This document shows, piece after piece, positions 35,654 to 45,613 of a stretch of DNA of 64,000 bases. How positions within the stretch are numbered: position 1 is the stretch's first letter; every line of letters begins with the position of its first letter. The notes under the pieces were generated by a model. The model saw nothing but the letters and a program-made list of their open reading frames with translations, was not told the DNA's origin and ran no database searches. The position numbers and the translations under genes were made by a program. Source of the stretch: Acidobacteriota bacterium (lineage in GTDB: Bacteria; Acidobacteriota; Vicinamibacteria; Vicinamibacterales; UBA2999); assembly GCA_031364805.1 (NCBI GenBank), contig JANLWW010000011.1, positions 9,149 to 73,148 on the forward strand, written 5' to 3'.

Positions 35654-38320
35654 ATGATCGGGTGCACCCTCGAACACTATCGAATCGAAACCAAACTCGG
35701 CGAGGGTGGAATGGGCATCGTCTATAGAGCCCATGACTCACGTCTCAATCGTCCTGTTGCCATCAAGGTGTTGCCGGCCGCGCAGGTCAAGGATGCGACC
35801 GCGAGACAGCGCTTCATCCACGAAGCGAAAGCCGCGAGCGCGCTCAATCATCCCGGCATTGTCACGATTCACGACATCCGTCGCGACGGCGACACCGACT
35901 TTATCGTCATGGAGTTTATCTCCGGGAAGACGCTCGACGCGCTTATTCCAGCCAACGGCATGCGTGTCGATCAGCTCTTGCGTTTCGCCATCCAGATCGC
36001 CGATGCACTGGCGGCGGCGCACGCCAGCGGCATCATTCATCGTGATCTGAAGCCATCAAACGTGATGGAGTCGCAGGAAGGCCGGATCAAGATCCTCGAT
36101 TTCGGCCTCGCCAAACTGCTCGAGCGAGGGGAACGTTCGCCAGATACGACCACCTTTGCCGCGCCGCTGACCGAACCGCACTCGCTTGTTGGCACCACCG
36201 CCTACATGTCACCTGAGCAGGCCGAGGGACGTACCATCGATTCGCGTTCTGACATTTTTAGCTTCGGAATCATGCTCTACGAGATGGTGACGGGCGTGCG
36301 TCCGTTCGCCGGCGACTCGCCACTGTCGCTCCTGGCGAAGACTATCGGTGCCGAACCGGCGCCGCCGAGCGCACGCGTTCCAACCATTCCGCTCGATCTG
36401 GAAAAGACCATTCTGCGCTGCTTGCGCAAAGAGCCGAACCGCCGCTATCAGACGATGGCCGACTTGAAAGTTGCGCTCGAAGACCTTGCAGAAGAGACGA
36501 CGAGTCGGCCGGCCCGCGCGCGTGTTGCGAGTCCGTCGAAATGGCGGTGGGTGTCCGGAGTCGCGTTACTAGGGGTTGTGACCGCGGCCTATTTCGTGTG
36601 GCAGCAACAATCGGCCAGTGAGCCGTCGCCTTTGAAAGTGATTTCGCTCACGACCTTGGCGGGACCAGAACTGTATCCGTCGCTGTCACCCGACGGCAAT
36701 CACGTCGCCTTCACATGGCCGGGTAACAAACAGGACAACACCGATATTTACGTGCAGCAGATTGGCGCCGGCGATCCTCTGCGCCTGACCACGGATCCGC
36801 GGCACGACTACAACCCGGTGTGGTCTCCAGACGGGCGATGGGTTGCGTTTCTGCGCGGCGATGCTCCAACGCCGCTTGCGACCAGTCGCCGTGAGCTGCG
36901 CCTGGTCGCGCCGCTCGGCGGTCCCGAGCGGCTGGTCGCATCACTGCGCGTACAGGAACTAACCGAGCACCCGGCATATCTCACATGGTGCGCCGACAGC
37001 AGTTGCGTAATCGTGAGTGACAGCCTGGGCGACGGCAAGCCGGACGCCCTGTTCGCGATATCGATCGACACGGGTGAGAAGCGACAGCTGACCAACCCGC
37101 AGCCACCCGTACTCGCGGATTCGAATCCCGCTCTGTCGTTTGACGGCAGCACGCTGCTGTTTATCCGCCGCACGACGTGGTCATCGGGTGAACTACATAC
37201 GGTGTCGCTTGCCTCACGGACGGCCGTGACAGGTGCACCGCGGCATGTCGCGGTGTCCGGCGTGACCATTGATGCGGCGACATGGTTGCCGAACGGCGAG
37301 ATTCTGTTTGCGACGCCAGTTTTGAGCGGAACGGCAAACCTTTGGCGCGTGTCGGCGATCGGCGGCGCGCCGGCGCGCCTGGCCTACACGGGCGAGGATG
37401 GCACGATGCCGACACTGGCGCGTGGGCCATCGCAGTCCTCTTCGCGCATGGTGTACGTGCGCAGGCTGATCGACGACAATATCTGGCGGTTGACGACGAC
37501 CGCGGTGGGTGTCCCGCCCGCGTCACCGCCAACGGCGGCGATTCGATCCACCAAACAAGACATTCATCCACAACTGTCGCCCGATGGAAAGCGGCTGGCA
37601 TTCACCAGCACGCGTTCAGGATTCTGGGAGATCTGGGTATCCGATCTCGACGGCGCCCATGCCGTGCAGTTGACCGACATGAGGGCTCCAACCGGAACCG
37701 GTGTACCGCACTGGTCGCCCGATGGAAGCGTGATCGCATTCGCGTCGGACGCGGACGGGCAGTTCGACATTTTTGTAGTGCCTGTCGCGGGCGGTAAGCC
37801 GCGCAACCTCACCGCTCATCCAGCCTTCGATCATGTGCCGGCGTTTTCGCGAGATGGAACATCGCTGTATTTCAGCTCATCGCGCAGCGGGCAGTTTCAG
37901 ATCTGGCGAATGCCGGTGGGCGGCGGTGACCCGGTGCAGGTCACCACAAGTGGCGGCTTTTTTTCACAGGACTCGTCGAACGGCGCCGACCTGTTCTTTA
38001 TGGCGACGGCTGGCGTCGGCACCATTACGCCGATCTGGCGGATGCCGGCGGCGGGCGGCCGGGCGGTCAAGGTGATCGAGGGCGCCGTCACCGGTGGGTT
38101 TGCAGTGGTCGATCGCGGCATCTATTTCCTCGACCTGGCGCCGGGTGTGCGCATCCGGTTTTATGACTTTGCCACGCGGAAAGCGACAGTTGTTGCACGC
38201 GACCTTGGCTCCGGTGCGGAGATAGGCGGCTTTCATGCGTCCGCTGACGGCCGCACGATGCTCTTTGTGCGTCGTGAATCGGCCGTCGATGACTTGATGC
38301 TCGTGGAGAACTTTCGATAG
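35654..38320 (+). CDS. Ser/Thr protein kinase with TM and C-terminal TolB-like (PD40/WD40-like) beta-propeller
   Basis: GEGGMGIVYRA, VAIKVL, HRDLKPSN, DFGLA and SPEQ motifs. TM segment WVSGVALLGVVTAAYFVW. Repeated WSPDG/LSPDG/FSRDG blades. Confidence 0.9.
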   Translation: MIGCTLEHYRIETKLGEGGMGIVYRAHDSRLNRPVAIKVLPAAQVKDATARQRFIHEAKAASALNHPGIVTIHDIRRDGDTDFIVMEFISGKTLDALIPANGMRVDQLLRFAIQIADALAAAHASGIIHRDLKPSNVMESQEGRIKILDFGLAKLLERGERSPDTTTFAAPLTEPHSLVGTTAYMSPEQAEGRTIDSRSDIFSFGIMLYEMVTGVRPFAGDSPLSLLAKTIGAEPAPPSARVPTIPLDLEKTILRCLRKEPNRRYQTMADLKVALEDLAEETTSRPARARVASPSKWRWVSGVALLGVVTAAYFVWQQQSASEPSPLKVISLTTLAGPELYPSLSPDGNHVAFTWPGNKQDNTDIYVQQIGAGDPLRLTTDPRHDYNPVWSPDGRWVAFLRGDAPTPLATSRRELRLVAPLGGPERLVASLRVQELTEHPAYLTWCADSSCVIVSDSLGDGKPDALFAISIDTGEKRQLTNPQPPVLADSNPALSFDGSTLLFIRRTTWSSGELHTVSLASRTAVTGAPRHVAVSGVTIDAATWLPNGEILFATPVLSGTANLWRVSAIGGAPARLAYTGEDGTMPTLARGPSQSSSRMVYVRRLIDDNIWRLTTTAVGVPPASPPTAAIRSTKQDIHPQLSPDGKRLAFTSTRSGFWEIWVSDLDGAHAVQLTDMRAPTGTGVPHWSPDGSVIAFASDADGQFDIFVVPVAGGKPRNLTAHPAFDHVPAFSRDGTSLYFSSSRSGQFQIWRMPVGGGDPVQVTTSGGFFSQDSSNGADLFFMATAGVGTITPIWRMPAAGGRAVKVIEGAVTGGFAVVDRGIYFLDLAPGVRIRFYDFATRKATVVARDLGSGAEIGGFHASADGRTMLFVRRESAVDDLMLVENFR

Positions 38321-38413
38321 TCGTGGCCTTCCCGATGGCCACAGCCCCAGGAAACCCCTCGTCCTGCCTGATTCGCGAGCCGTACGGCACCCTGCACGGA
38401 CGCCGCCGGCCAT

Positions 38414-38595
38414 CTGGCACGCTCCGGCGATGCAGCAACGCCTTGATCCGGCGTTGAATGATCACCAACAGCGAGCCGACATCGTCATCCTGTTGCTGAT
38501 GCGCACAGAACGACACGCCGCCACTGCCGTCAGACGCAAACACCCCGTCCAAGCACCAGCGCGTGGACATGTACGTTCAGGTTCAACGCGGCGCC
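38414..38595 (-). pseudogene. IS91-family (HUH Y2) transposase internal fragment
   Basis: GAALNLNVHVHALVL then (after a frameshift) DGVFASDGSGG...LLVIIQRRIKALL matches the conserved ALNLN-H-H-LVLDGV block. No flanking transposase sequence remains. Confidence 0.45.
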
Positions 38596-38640
38596 GCGGC
38601 CCTCGATCACACCGCGTCGCTTGGCCTGACGCCGCAGCTC

Positions 38641-39744
38641 TTACACGTTGAATTTGAACAGCAGCACATCGCCGTCCTTGACGATGTACTCCTTGCCTTC
38701 CATGCGGTACAGACCCTTGTCGCGGGCTGCGGCGACGGAGCCGCAGGCGACGAGGTCGACATACGCCACCGTCTCGGCCTTGATGAAGCCGCGCTCGAAG
38801 TCGGAGTGGATCACGCCGGCCGCCTTCGGTGCGGTATCGCCCTGGTGGATAGTCCAGGCGCGGACTTCCTTCTCGCCGGCCGTGAAGTAGGTCTGCAGGC
38901 CCAGCAGGTGGTAGGTGGAGCGAATGAGCGCGCCAATGCCGCTCTCTGACACACCCAGCTCCTTCAGAAACTCCTGTGCCTCGGCGGGCTCCAAGTCCAC
39001 CAGATCGCTTTCGATCTGCGCGCTGATCACCACCGCTTCGCACGACAAGTGCGCACTCACGTACTCGCGCACTTTGGTCACGTAGGAATTAGAGTCGGCC
39101 GTCGCCAGGTCGCCTTCCTTGACGTTGCAGGCGAAAATCGTCGGCTTGTCGCTCAGCAGGAAGAACTGCGTCGACAACACGCGCTCCTCAGGCGTCAGCG
39201 TCACGGTCAAGGCCGGCTTGCCGGAATCGAGCGCCGTCTCGATCTTCGCCAGCACCGCATCTTCAGCAGCCGCCGTCTTGTCGCCGCGCTTCACTTCCTT
39301 GGCGACGCGCTCGCGTTTCTTGCGGACCGTTTCGAGGTCGGCCAGCATCAACTCGGTGTTGATCACCTCGATGTCGCGGACCGGATCCACCGACCCCGAC
39401 ACATGCAGCACATCCTCGTCGTCAAAGCACCGCACCACCTGCACAATGGCGTCGACTTCGCGGATGTGAGTTAGGAATTTGTTGCCCAGCCCTTCGCCAT
39501 CGCTCGCGCCCTTGACGAGGCCGGCAATGTCCACGAACTCGACGGCCGCCGGAATCACCACGTTGGTCTTGGCAATGCCCTGCAGCACGGCCAGCCGCGC
39601 ATCGGGCACCGTGACGATGCCCACGTTGGGGTCAATCGTGCAGAAGGGATAGTTGGCGGCCTCGGCCTTGCGCGTGCGCGTCACCGCATTGAACAGGGTG
39701 GACTTACCGACGTTGGGCAGACCGACGATTCCAGCTCGTAACAT
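38641..39744 (-). CDS. ychF: redox-regulated ATPase YchF
   Basis: [17 protein letters not shown]-loop, a TGS-like C-terminus and a 367-aa length, all typical of YchF. Confidence 0.95.
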   Translation of the reverse strand: MLRAGIVGLPNVGKSTLFNAVTRTRKAEAANYPFCTIDPNVGIVTVPDARLAVLQGIAKTNVVIPAAVEFVDIAGLVKGASDGEGLGNKFLTHIREVDAIVQVVRCFDDEDVLHVSGSVDPVRDIEVINTELMLADLETVRKKRERVAKEVKRGDKTAAAEDAVLAKIETALDSGKPALTVTLTPEERVLSTQFFLLSDKPTIFACNVKEGDLATADSNSYVTKVREYVSAHLSCEAVVISAQIESDLVDLEPAEAQEFLKELGVSESGIGALIRSTYHLLGLQTYFTAGEKEVRAWTIHQGDTAPKAAGVIHSDFERGFIKAETVAYVDLVACGSVAAARDKGLYRMEGKEYIVKDGDVLLFKFNV

Positions 39745-39792
39745 AGCCTTTCAGGATACCTCAGGCCTGAAGAGCAGGGTTATAGTTGGGAT

Positions 39793-40407
39793 GTGAGGCG
39801 GGTAATCCGAGCAATGGCGGTGGTCGCGGCGATGGCGGCAGCCTTAGCGTGTTCCCAACCGGAAGACTATCCCTCGACGATTGCCGCGCAGCGCGCGGCC
39901 AAGGACGCCGCGTTCAAGTCTGCGCCAGGCGAGCCCGTGCCGGCGGACAAGATGGCCGCACTGGTGCCGCTGTCGTACTTCCCCATTGACGAGATCTACG
40001 CGGTGCCGGCCTCGCTGGATCCGGCGCCCGAACGCACCCGGCTGAAGGTGCCAACATCCACCGGCAAGATTCGCGACATCGAGCGCATCGGCACGCTGAA
40101 GTTCACGGTCAAGGGTCAGAAAATGAGCCTGACCGCGTTCCATGAACTCGACCAGCCGCAGATCACCCGCCTGTTTGTGCCGTTCTCGGACTTCACCAAC
40201 GGCGCCGAAACCTATTCGGCTGGCCGCTATATGGAGCTCGATCCGACGCCCACGGGCATCTACGTCGTCGACTTCAACGTCGCCTATCACCCGTACTGCT
40301 ACTACAACGCAGACTATGACTGCCCGTATCCGCCCAAGGAGAACCGCCTCGAAATGCCCATCCGCGCGGGCGAGCGGCTGCCGAAGACCGCCTCGAGCGT
40401 GCCATGA
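39793..40407 (+). CDS. DUF1684 domain lipoprotein
   Basis: AAALAC lipobox. AYHPYCYYNADYDCPYPPKENRL matches the DUF1684 signature region. Confidence 0.75.
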   Translation: MRRVIRAMAVVAAMAAALACSQPEDYPSTIAAQRAAKDAAFKSAPGEPVPADKMAALVPLSYFPIDEIYAVPASLDPAPERTRLKVPTSTGKIRDIERIGTLKFTVKGQKMSLTAFHELDQPQITRLFVPFSDFTNGAETYSAGRYMELDPTPTGIYVVDFNVAYHPYCYYNADYDCPYPPKENRLEMPIRAGERLPKTASSVP

Positions 40408-41102
40408 CCAACGCCGGCGCCTTGCAGGCGATCGTCTTCGACTTCGACGGTGTGATCGCCGACAGCGAACGGCTGCACCTGAAGTCGTACCAGGACATTC
40501 TCGCGCCCGAGGGCATCACCATCTCCAACGAGGACTACTACGCCAAGTACCTCGGCTACGACGATGTCGGCGTGTTCAAGGCGGTGGGGAAAGACCAAGG
40601 CGTTCCGATGGACGATGGGCGGGTGCGCACGTTGATCGAGCGCAAAGGCGAGCGCTACGAGTCGCTGGCCGCCGCCGGTGAGATGCTGTTCCCGGGCGCC
40701 GCGGACTTCATTCGCGCGGCCGCGGCGGCGGTACCCATTGCCGTGGCGTCAGGCGCGCTAACCCACGAGATCGATCACGTGTTGGAGCGGGCCGGGTTGC
40801 GGTCGCTCTTCTCGGTGGTGGTTGGCGCCGACCAGACCGAACGCAGCAAGCCCCATCCCGAGCCGTATCTCACCGCCTTTGCCCAGTTGCGCGAGCGGTC
40901 GGGCCTGGACCTGGTGCCGTGGCGATCGGTCGCGATTGAGGATTCGAAGTGGGGCTTGGTCTCGGCGCGAGGCGCCGACCTGCGCTGCGTGGCCGTCACC
41001 AACACCTACTCTGCAGCCGAACTGCGCAGCGACGCCGAGCTGGTGGTACCCGGCCTGCACGCGCTCACCATTGCCGCCCTGGATGCCCTCTGTGCAGACT
41101 GA
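40404..41102 (+). CDS. HAD family hydrolase (beta-phosphoglucomutase-like)
   Basis: DFDGVIADSE motif I, a S/T motif II region and a KPHPEPY...EDS motif III/IV context. Confidence 0.8.
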   Translation: MTNAGALQAIVFDFDGVIADSERLHLKSYQDILAPEGITISNEDYYAKYLGYDDVGVFKAVGKDQGVPMDDGRVRTLIERKGERYESLAAAGEMLFPGAADFIRAAAAAVPIAVASGALTHEIDHVLERAGLRSLFSVVVGADQTERSKPHPEPYLTAFAQLRERSGLDLVPWRSVAIEDSKWGLVSARGADLRCVAVTNTYSAAELRSDAELVVPGLHALTIAALDALCAD

Positions 41103-41109
41103 GTCCCAC

Positions 41110-41982
41110 GTGTCGCTCGCGGAGCTGATTGCCGAGGCGGCCGACCGTCCCGGTGCCGACCTGGCCGCGCCGGCGTTCCTGGTGGCGCGCCTCGAGTACC
41201 CGAAGCTGGATGCCGTGCCCTACCTGGATCGCCTCGACCTGATGGGCGATGCCGCTTTTCATTTCGTCGCGAAAGACCCCGGCCACGACGCGCCGATCGC
41301 CGCGCGGATTGATGCGGTGAATCGTTACCTCTTCGGGGAGCTCGGCTTCAGCGGCAACCGCGAACAGTACGACGACCCGCGCAACAGCTGCCTTAACGAG
41401 GTGATGGATCGGAAAAAGGGCATTCCGATCACGATGGCGCTGATCTACATCGAAGTGGCGCGGCGCGCGGGACTGCAGGCCGAAGGCATCAACTTCCCCG
41501 GCCACTTCCTGGCGCGCGTGCTGCATGACCTGCACAGCGGCGCTGTCGGCGAAGGTCTGATCGTCGACCCGTTTCACGGCGGCGCGATCCTGAACGAGAC
41601 CGATTGCCGGAACCTGCTCAACCGCGCCGGCGAAGGATCGGCCTACGAGCCGGCCCTGCTGGCGCGCGCGACCAGGCGCCAGGTGCTGGTGCGCATGTTG
41701 AACAACCTGAAGCGGCTCTACGTGAAGATGCACTCGTTCCCGCAGGCGCGGGCCACCACCGACATGCTGCTGGCGTTGCAGCCGTCATCGCTCGCCGATC
41801 TCAAGGACCGCGGCCTGCTCGCCTACAACATGAACGACTTCTCGCACGCCTTGAGGGACTTCGAGGAATACCTCAAGCTGGCGCGCCTGTCAGAGCAGGA
41901 CGAAGACGACGACCGCAAGGAAACCGAGCAGGTCTGGGAGCACGTGAAGACGCTGCGCCGCCGCGTGGCGCAGTTGAACTAG
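41110..41982 (+). CDS. SirB1-like transglutaminase-fold/TPR protein
   Basis: GTG start after the HAD stop. RKKGIPITMALIYIEVARRAGL...INFPGHFL block plus C-terminal TPR-like helices. Confidence 0.65.
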   Translation: MSLAELIAEAADRPGADLAAPAFLVARLEYPKLDAVPYLDRLDLMGDAAFHFVAKDPGHDAPIAARIDAVNRYLFGELGFSGNREQYDDPRNSCLNEVMDRKKGIPITMALIYIEVARRAGLQAEGINFPGHFLARVLHDLHSGAVGEGLIVDPFHGGAILNETDCRNLLNRAGEGSAYEPALLARATRRQVLVRMLNNLKRLYVKMHSFPQARATTDMLLALQPSSLADLKDRGLLAYNMNDFSHALRDFEEYLKLARLSEQDEDDDRKETEQVWEHVKTLRRRVAQLN

Positions 41983-43352
41983 ACCTTCAGCGCGCCGATC
42001 TCCTTATAGAGGTATGCCGACGCGATCACGCCGTTGTGGAAATTTCCGAGATCGAGCTTCTCGTCGGGGGCGTGGGCGTTTTCGTCAGGCAATCCGATTC
42101 CGAACAGCACGCACGGCAAGCCGAGTTCTTCCTGGAACGTCGACACCACCGGGATCGAGCCGCCTTCGCGATTGAACACGGGACGCTGGCCGAAGCCCTG
42201 CTCGATGGCGCGGCCGGCCGCCTGCACGAACGGGTTGTCGAACGCCGTCATCCACGGCTTGCCGCCGTGCATGCGCGTAATCTTCAACTCGACCGTCTTC
42301 GGCGCGACCTTCTTCACGTACTCCTCGAACAGGTCACCGACCTTCTTCGGATCCTGGTTCGGCACCAGCCGCATGCTGACCTTGGCCATGGCCACGGCGG
42401 GCAATACGGTCTTGGCGCCTTCGCCGGTGAAGCCGGAGAGCAGGCCGTTCACCTCGAAGGTGGGCCGCGCCCACGTACGCTCGAGCGTGGTGTAGCCGGT
42501 TTCGCCGAACAGCTTCGGGGCACCCAATTCCTGCTTGTACTTCTTCTCGTTGAACGGCAGCCGCGCCCACTCGTCGCGCTCCTCTTGCCTCAACTCCACG
42601 ACATCGTCATAGAAGCCGTCGATCTTGATGCGGCCGCTCTTGTCCTTCATCTGCGAAAGCATCTGCGCCAGCACCATCGCCGGATTGGCGACGGCGCCCC
42701 CGAAGGATCCCGAGTGCAGGTCCGACCTGCTGCCGCGCAGGTCGATCTGGAAATAGGTGAGGCCGCGCAGGCCATAACAAATTGACGGGATGCCGCGATC
42801 GAACATCGGCGAGTCGGAGATCACAACCACGTCGGCCTTCAGCAGGTCCTTGTTCGCGCGGATGAAGTTATCGAGGTTAGCGCTGCCCACCTCCTCCTCG
42901 CCCTCGATCAGGAACTTCATGTTTACCGGCAGGCTGCCGTGCTGCTTCAAGTGCGCCTCGACGGCCTTGAAGTGCATGAACACCTGGCCCTTGTCGTCGG
43001 CCGAACCGCGGGCATAGATCTCGCCGTCGCGAATGGTGGCCTCGAAGGGTGGTGAGGTCCAGAGGTTAACTGGATCGACCGGCTGCACGTCGTAGTGGCC
43101 GTAGAACAGAATCGTGGGCGCGCCAGGGGCACCGAGCCACTCGCCGTAGACGCAGGGATGCCCCGGCGTTTCTTCGAGACGCACGTTCTGCAGGCCAATG
43201 CGGCGCATCTCGTCGGCCGTCCATTCCGCGCACTTGCGGACATCTTCCTTGTGCTCGGGAAGGGCGCTGATGCTGGGAATGGCCAGGTACCGCTTCATCT
43301 CGTCGATGTAGCGGTCACGGTTCACGTTGATGAAGTCGACAATCTTATCCAT
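41979..43352 (-). CDS. M20 family dipeptidase
   Basis: 457-aa ORF. HYDVQP, GRGSADDKG and EGEEEVGS metal-site motifs. Confidence 0.85.
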   Translation of the reverse strand: MDKIVDFINVNRDRYIDEMKRYLAIPSISALPEHKEDVRKCAEWTADEMRRIGLQNVRLEETPGHPCVYGEWLGAPGAPTILFYGHYDVQPVDPVNLWTSPPFEATIRDGEIYARGSADDKGQVFMHFKAVEAHLKQHGSLPVNMKFLIEGEEEVGSANLDNFIRANKDLLKADVVVISDSPMFDRGIPSICYGLRGLTYFQIDLRGSRSDLHSGSFGGAVANPAMVLAQMLSQMKDKSGRIKIDGFYDDVVELRQEERDEWARLPFNEKKYKQELGAPKLFGETGYTTLERTWARPTFEVNGLLSGFTGEGAKTVLPAVAMAKVSMRLVPNQDPKKVGDLFEEYVKKVAPKTVELKITRMHGGKPWMTAFDNPFVQAAGRAIEQGFGQRPVFNREGGSIPVVSTFQEELGLPCVLFGIGLPDENAHAPDEKLDLGNFHNGVIASAYLYKEIGALKV

Positions 43353-43537
43353 GTCTTATCCGATCGTATCCGATCGCATCCTGAGTTCGGGAGCCGGTCA
43401 GCAGGTCCACCCGAGGCGGTGAGACGCTCGAGGTTGAAAGGCTTCATGAGCCGCCGGCGCGCACGAGCGCCGCCTTGAAGAATGTCGACGCTTCTTGGCG
43501 TGGTCAGGGTTGCACAGGCAGCGCGATGGTAGCACCA

Positions 43538-44356
43538 CTATTCGGCAGCAAACATCCGGTTGATTTCTCCGAAGGGCACAGCCGCGCCGAGGCCGGCAAA
43601 CGTTCCGCGCTCGGCGATTTCCTTCGCGGCCTGCAAGAACCCGGTCCATGCCGCGCGCGCCAGTGCGCCGCCGACGCTGATCCGACGCACGCCGGCATCT
43701 GCCAGGTCCGGCACGGTAAACATCTCGCCGCCGACGAGGACGTTCACCGGCTTGGGCGACACTGCTGCGACGACCGACCGGATTTCCTCCATGCTGCGAA
43801 GACCAGGCGCGTACAGGCAATCGGCACCAGCGTCCGCGAAAGCCGTGAGCCGCCGAATGGTCTCGGCCAGATTCGGGCGACCAACGATGAAGCCTTCAGA
43901 GCGGGCGGTGAGCAGCGTGCCCATGCCCGTTTCATCAATCGCCTGTCGGGATGCCCGGATGCGCTCGACCGCGAGGGTGAACTCCAACAATGGGGCTGAC
44001 GAATCGCCGGTGGAATCTTCGATCGAGAGGCCGGCGATGCCGGTGGCCGTTGCCCGCATGACATTGCCGGCCACTTCGGCGGGCTCGGTCGCAAAGCCGC
44101 CCTCGAAGTCTCCGTTGACCGGTACGGCGACGGCCCCGGCAATAACTCGAAAATGGTGCAGCGCCTCGTCCAGCGCCACGCGATTGTCTGGCCGGCCGAG
44201 CGACCAGGCGAACCCGGAACTGGTCGTGGCCAGTGCCTTGAACCCGAGTTGCGCGAGCGCGTGGGCGCTGCCTGCGTCCCAGGGATTGGGAATCACGAAG
44301 CAGCCGGAATTGTGGAGCCGGTGAAATGCCTGGCAGCGCTCCTGTACGAGTGTCAT
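43538..44356 (-). CDS. isocitrate lyase/PEP mutase family protein
   Basis: 272-aa ORF. PNPWDAGSA...LSIEDS...YAPG blocks typical of the ICL/PEPM fold. Confidence 0.8.
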   Translation of the reverse strand: MTLVQERCQAFHRLHNSGCFVIPNPWDAGSAHALAQLGFKALATTSSGFAWSLGRPDNRVALDEALHHFRVIAGAVAVPVNGDFEGGFATEPAEVAGNVMRATATGIAGLSIEDSTGDSSAPLLEFTLAVERIRASRQAIDETGMGTLLTARSEGFIVGRPNLAETIRRLTAFADAGADCLYAPGLRSMEEIRSVVAAVSPKPVNVLVGGEMFTVPDLADAGVRRISVGGALARAAWTGFLQAAKEIAERGTFAGLGAAVPFGEINRMFAAE

Positions 44357-44374
44357 CCCGGCAAGATACTCGTA

Positions 44375-44857
44375 TTACTTGTTTGTGACGAGCGATGCGG
44401 CCCGGCGCTGCCTTAGTACCTCGTAGGCGGCAATCGCCACGCTGTTCGAGAGGTTCAGCGACCGCACCCGTGACGACAGGATCGGCATGGCAACAAACCG
44501 TTCGCGGTACTGCTCGTGCAGCTCGGGCGGCAGTCCGGCGGTCTCGCTCCCGAAAACCAGCACCACGCCGGCCGACCATCCGAGCGGCGCATCCCAGAAC
44601 GATTGCGTGGCCTTGGTCGAGAAGAAGTACGGTTCGCCGAGCGAGGGCAACCGCGCTTCGAAGGCCGCCCAATTCGGCCACACGTGCAGGTCAACGTGCT
44701 CCCAGTAATCGAGCCCGGCCCGCTTGACCCGGCTGTCGTCGAGCGAGAAACCGAGCGGCTCGATCAAGTGGAGCGTCGCGCCGGCCGCCAGGCAGGTGCG
44801 ACCGGCATTGCCGGTGTTCCAGTGGATGTCGGGATAGACCAATACGACGTGGATCAT
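44375..44857 (-). CDS. trmL: tRNA (cytidine/uridine-2'-O)-methyltransferase (SpoU/TrmL type)
   Basis: MIHVVLVYPDIHWNTGNAGRTC start. C-terminal knot motifs (FGSETAGLP, IPI...RSLNLSNSVAI). Confidence 0.8.
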   Translation of the reverse strand: MIHVVLVYPDIHWNTGNAGRTCLAAGATLHLIEPLGFSLDDSRVKRAGLDYWEHVDLHVWPNWAAFEARLPSLGEPYFFSTKATQSFWDAPLGWSAGVVLVFGSETAGLPPELHEQYRERFVAMPILSSRVRSLNLSNSVAIAAYEVLRQRRAASLVTNK

Positions 44858-45282
44858 TTGCGGTGCCGTTCCATCATGTCTTTCGAGCGGAGGCGAATCG
44901 GTGGGGAGGCCGCGGCCCAACGTCCGTCACCTATCGCAGCATCAACCTGCCGCTGGCCATGCTCGGTCATCTTGCCCGCCTTGGTCAGCCGGGCCACGTT
45001 GTCGCGGTTGATCTGGCTCCAGGGGCTTCGCTTGGTGCGCGGCGAGTAGCGCTGCAGGAACGCGCGCTCGTCAAGACCCTTGCGGAGACCGTCGATCCAT
45101 CCCCAGCAGAGCGCGACGTCCAAGGCTTCAGGACAAGTGACCGACGGCTCGCCCGACTTCTTCTTGTAGACCCTGATCCAGATCTCGGTCTCGCGATCGT
45201 GATTCCTGCTGAGCCACGTGGCAAACGCCGCTTGCGTACGAAAGCTCTTGATGGTTCGTGGATCGGGAATGACTGGCGCCAT
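44854..45282 (-). CDS. YdeI/OmpD-associated family protein
   Basis: 142-aa ORF. AFATWLSRNH...EIWIRVYKKKSG...ALCWGWIDG block. Confidence 0.7.
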   Translation of the reverse strand: MAPVIPDPRTIKSFRTQAAFATWLSRNHDRETEIWIRVYKKKSGEPSVTCPEALDVALCWGWIDGLRKGLDERAFLQRYSPRTKRSPWSQINRDNVARLTKAGKMTEHGQRQVDAAIGDGRWAAASPPIRLRSKDMMERHRK

Positions 45283-45283
45283 A

Positions 45284-45530
45284 TCACTCAGGAGATCGCT
45301 TGTTCATCCAGACGCTCCACATCACCGGCCCCGCCTCATCGTCGATGATTGGCCGGCCAGCCAGTTTAAGTGCCAACTTGACCTGACCGTGATGATAACC
45401 CTCGTGCCAGTCATGTGCTGAAGCATGAGGTGGGGTGGTCGTAGCGCATGTCCAGGGCACGACCGTCTTCGAGCCTGCCCCGTACCGCGTTCCGCACCTG
45501 ATGTCGAGTCCACCGCCAGGAGGCTTGCAA
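45284..45530 (-). pseudogene. DinB-family protein remnant (5'-truncated and frameshifted)
   Basis: The C-terminal HDWHEGYHHGQVKLALKLAGRP motif is in one frame. The upstream WRWTRHQVRNAVRGRLEDGRALDMRYDHP is in another. Only about half of a typical DinB length is present, ending at an AT-rich junction. Confidence 0.55.
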
Positions 45531-45613
45531 AGTCACACACTTTATATTATAAAGTTGTTCAATTAGTGTAGTTGAGCGGGATCTGGTTGGTAGCCAGGCG
45601 CAGGACAAGAGGC

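Noticed and set aside
38088-38570. 160-aa minus-strand ORF in the kinase/ychF gap, considered as a real gene.
   Set aside because: Only its first roughly 50 aa resemble anything (an IS91-type block). The remainder overlaps the kinase 3' end antisense and is Arg/Ser/His-rich.
40822-41109. Upstream extension of the SirB1-like ORF (386 aa in the track).
   Set aside because: It overlaps the HAD hydrolase gene in another frame with Pro/Arg/Trp-rich sequence. A GTG at 41110, right after the HAD stop, gives a normal N-terminus.
45531-45577. CACACAC...GTGTAG-GTTGAGC, considered as a terminal attC of the array.
   Set aside because: Only about 47 bp long, with a poor left core (no RYYYAAC) and an AT-rich loop unlike the other three sites. 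It is kept only as a low-confidence remark in the boundary finding.
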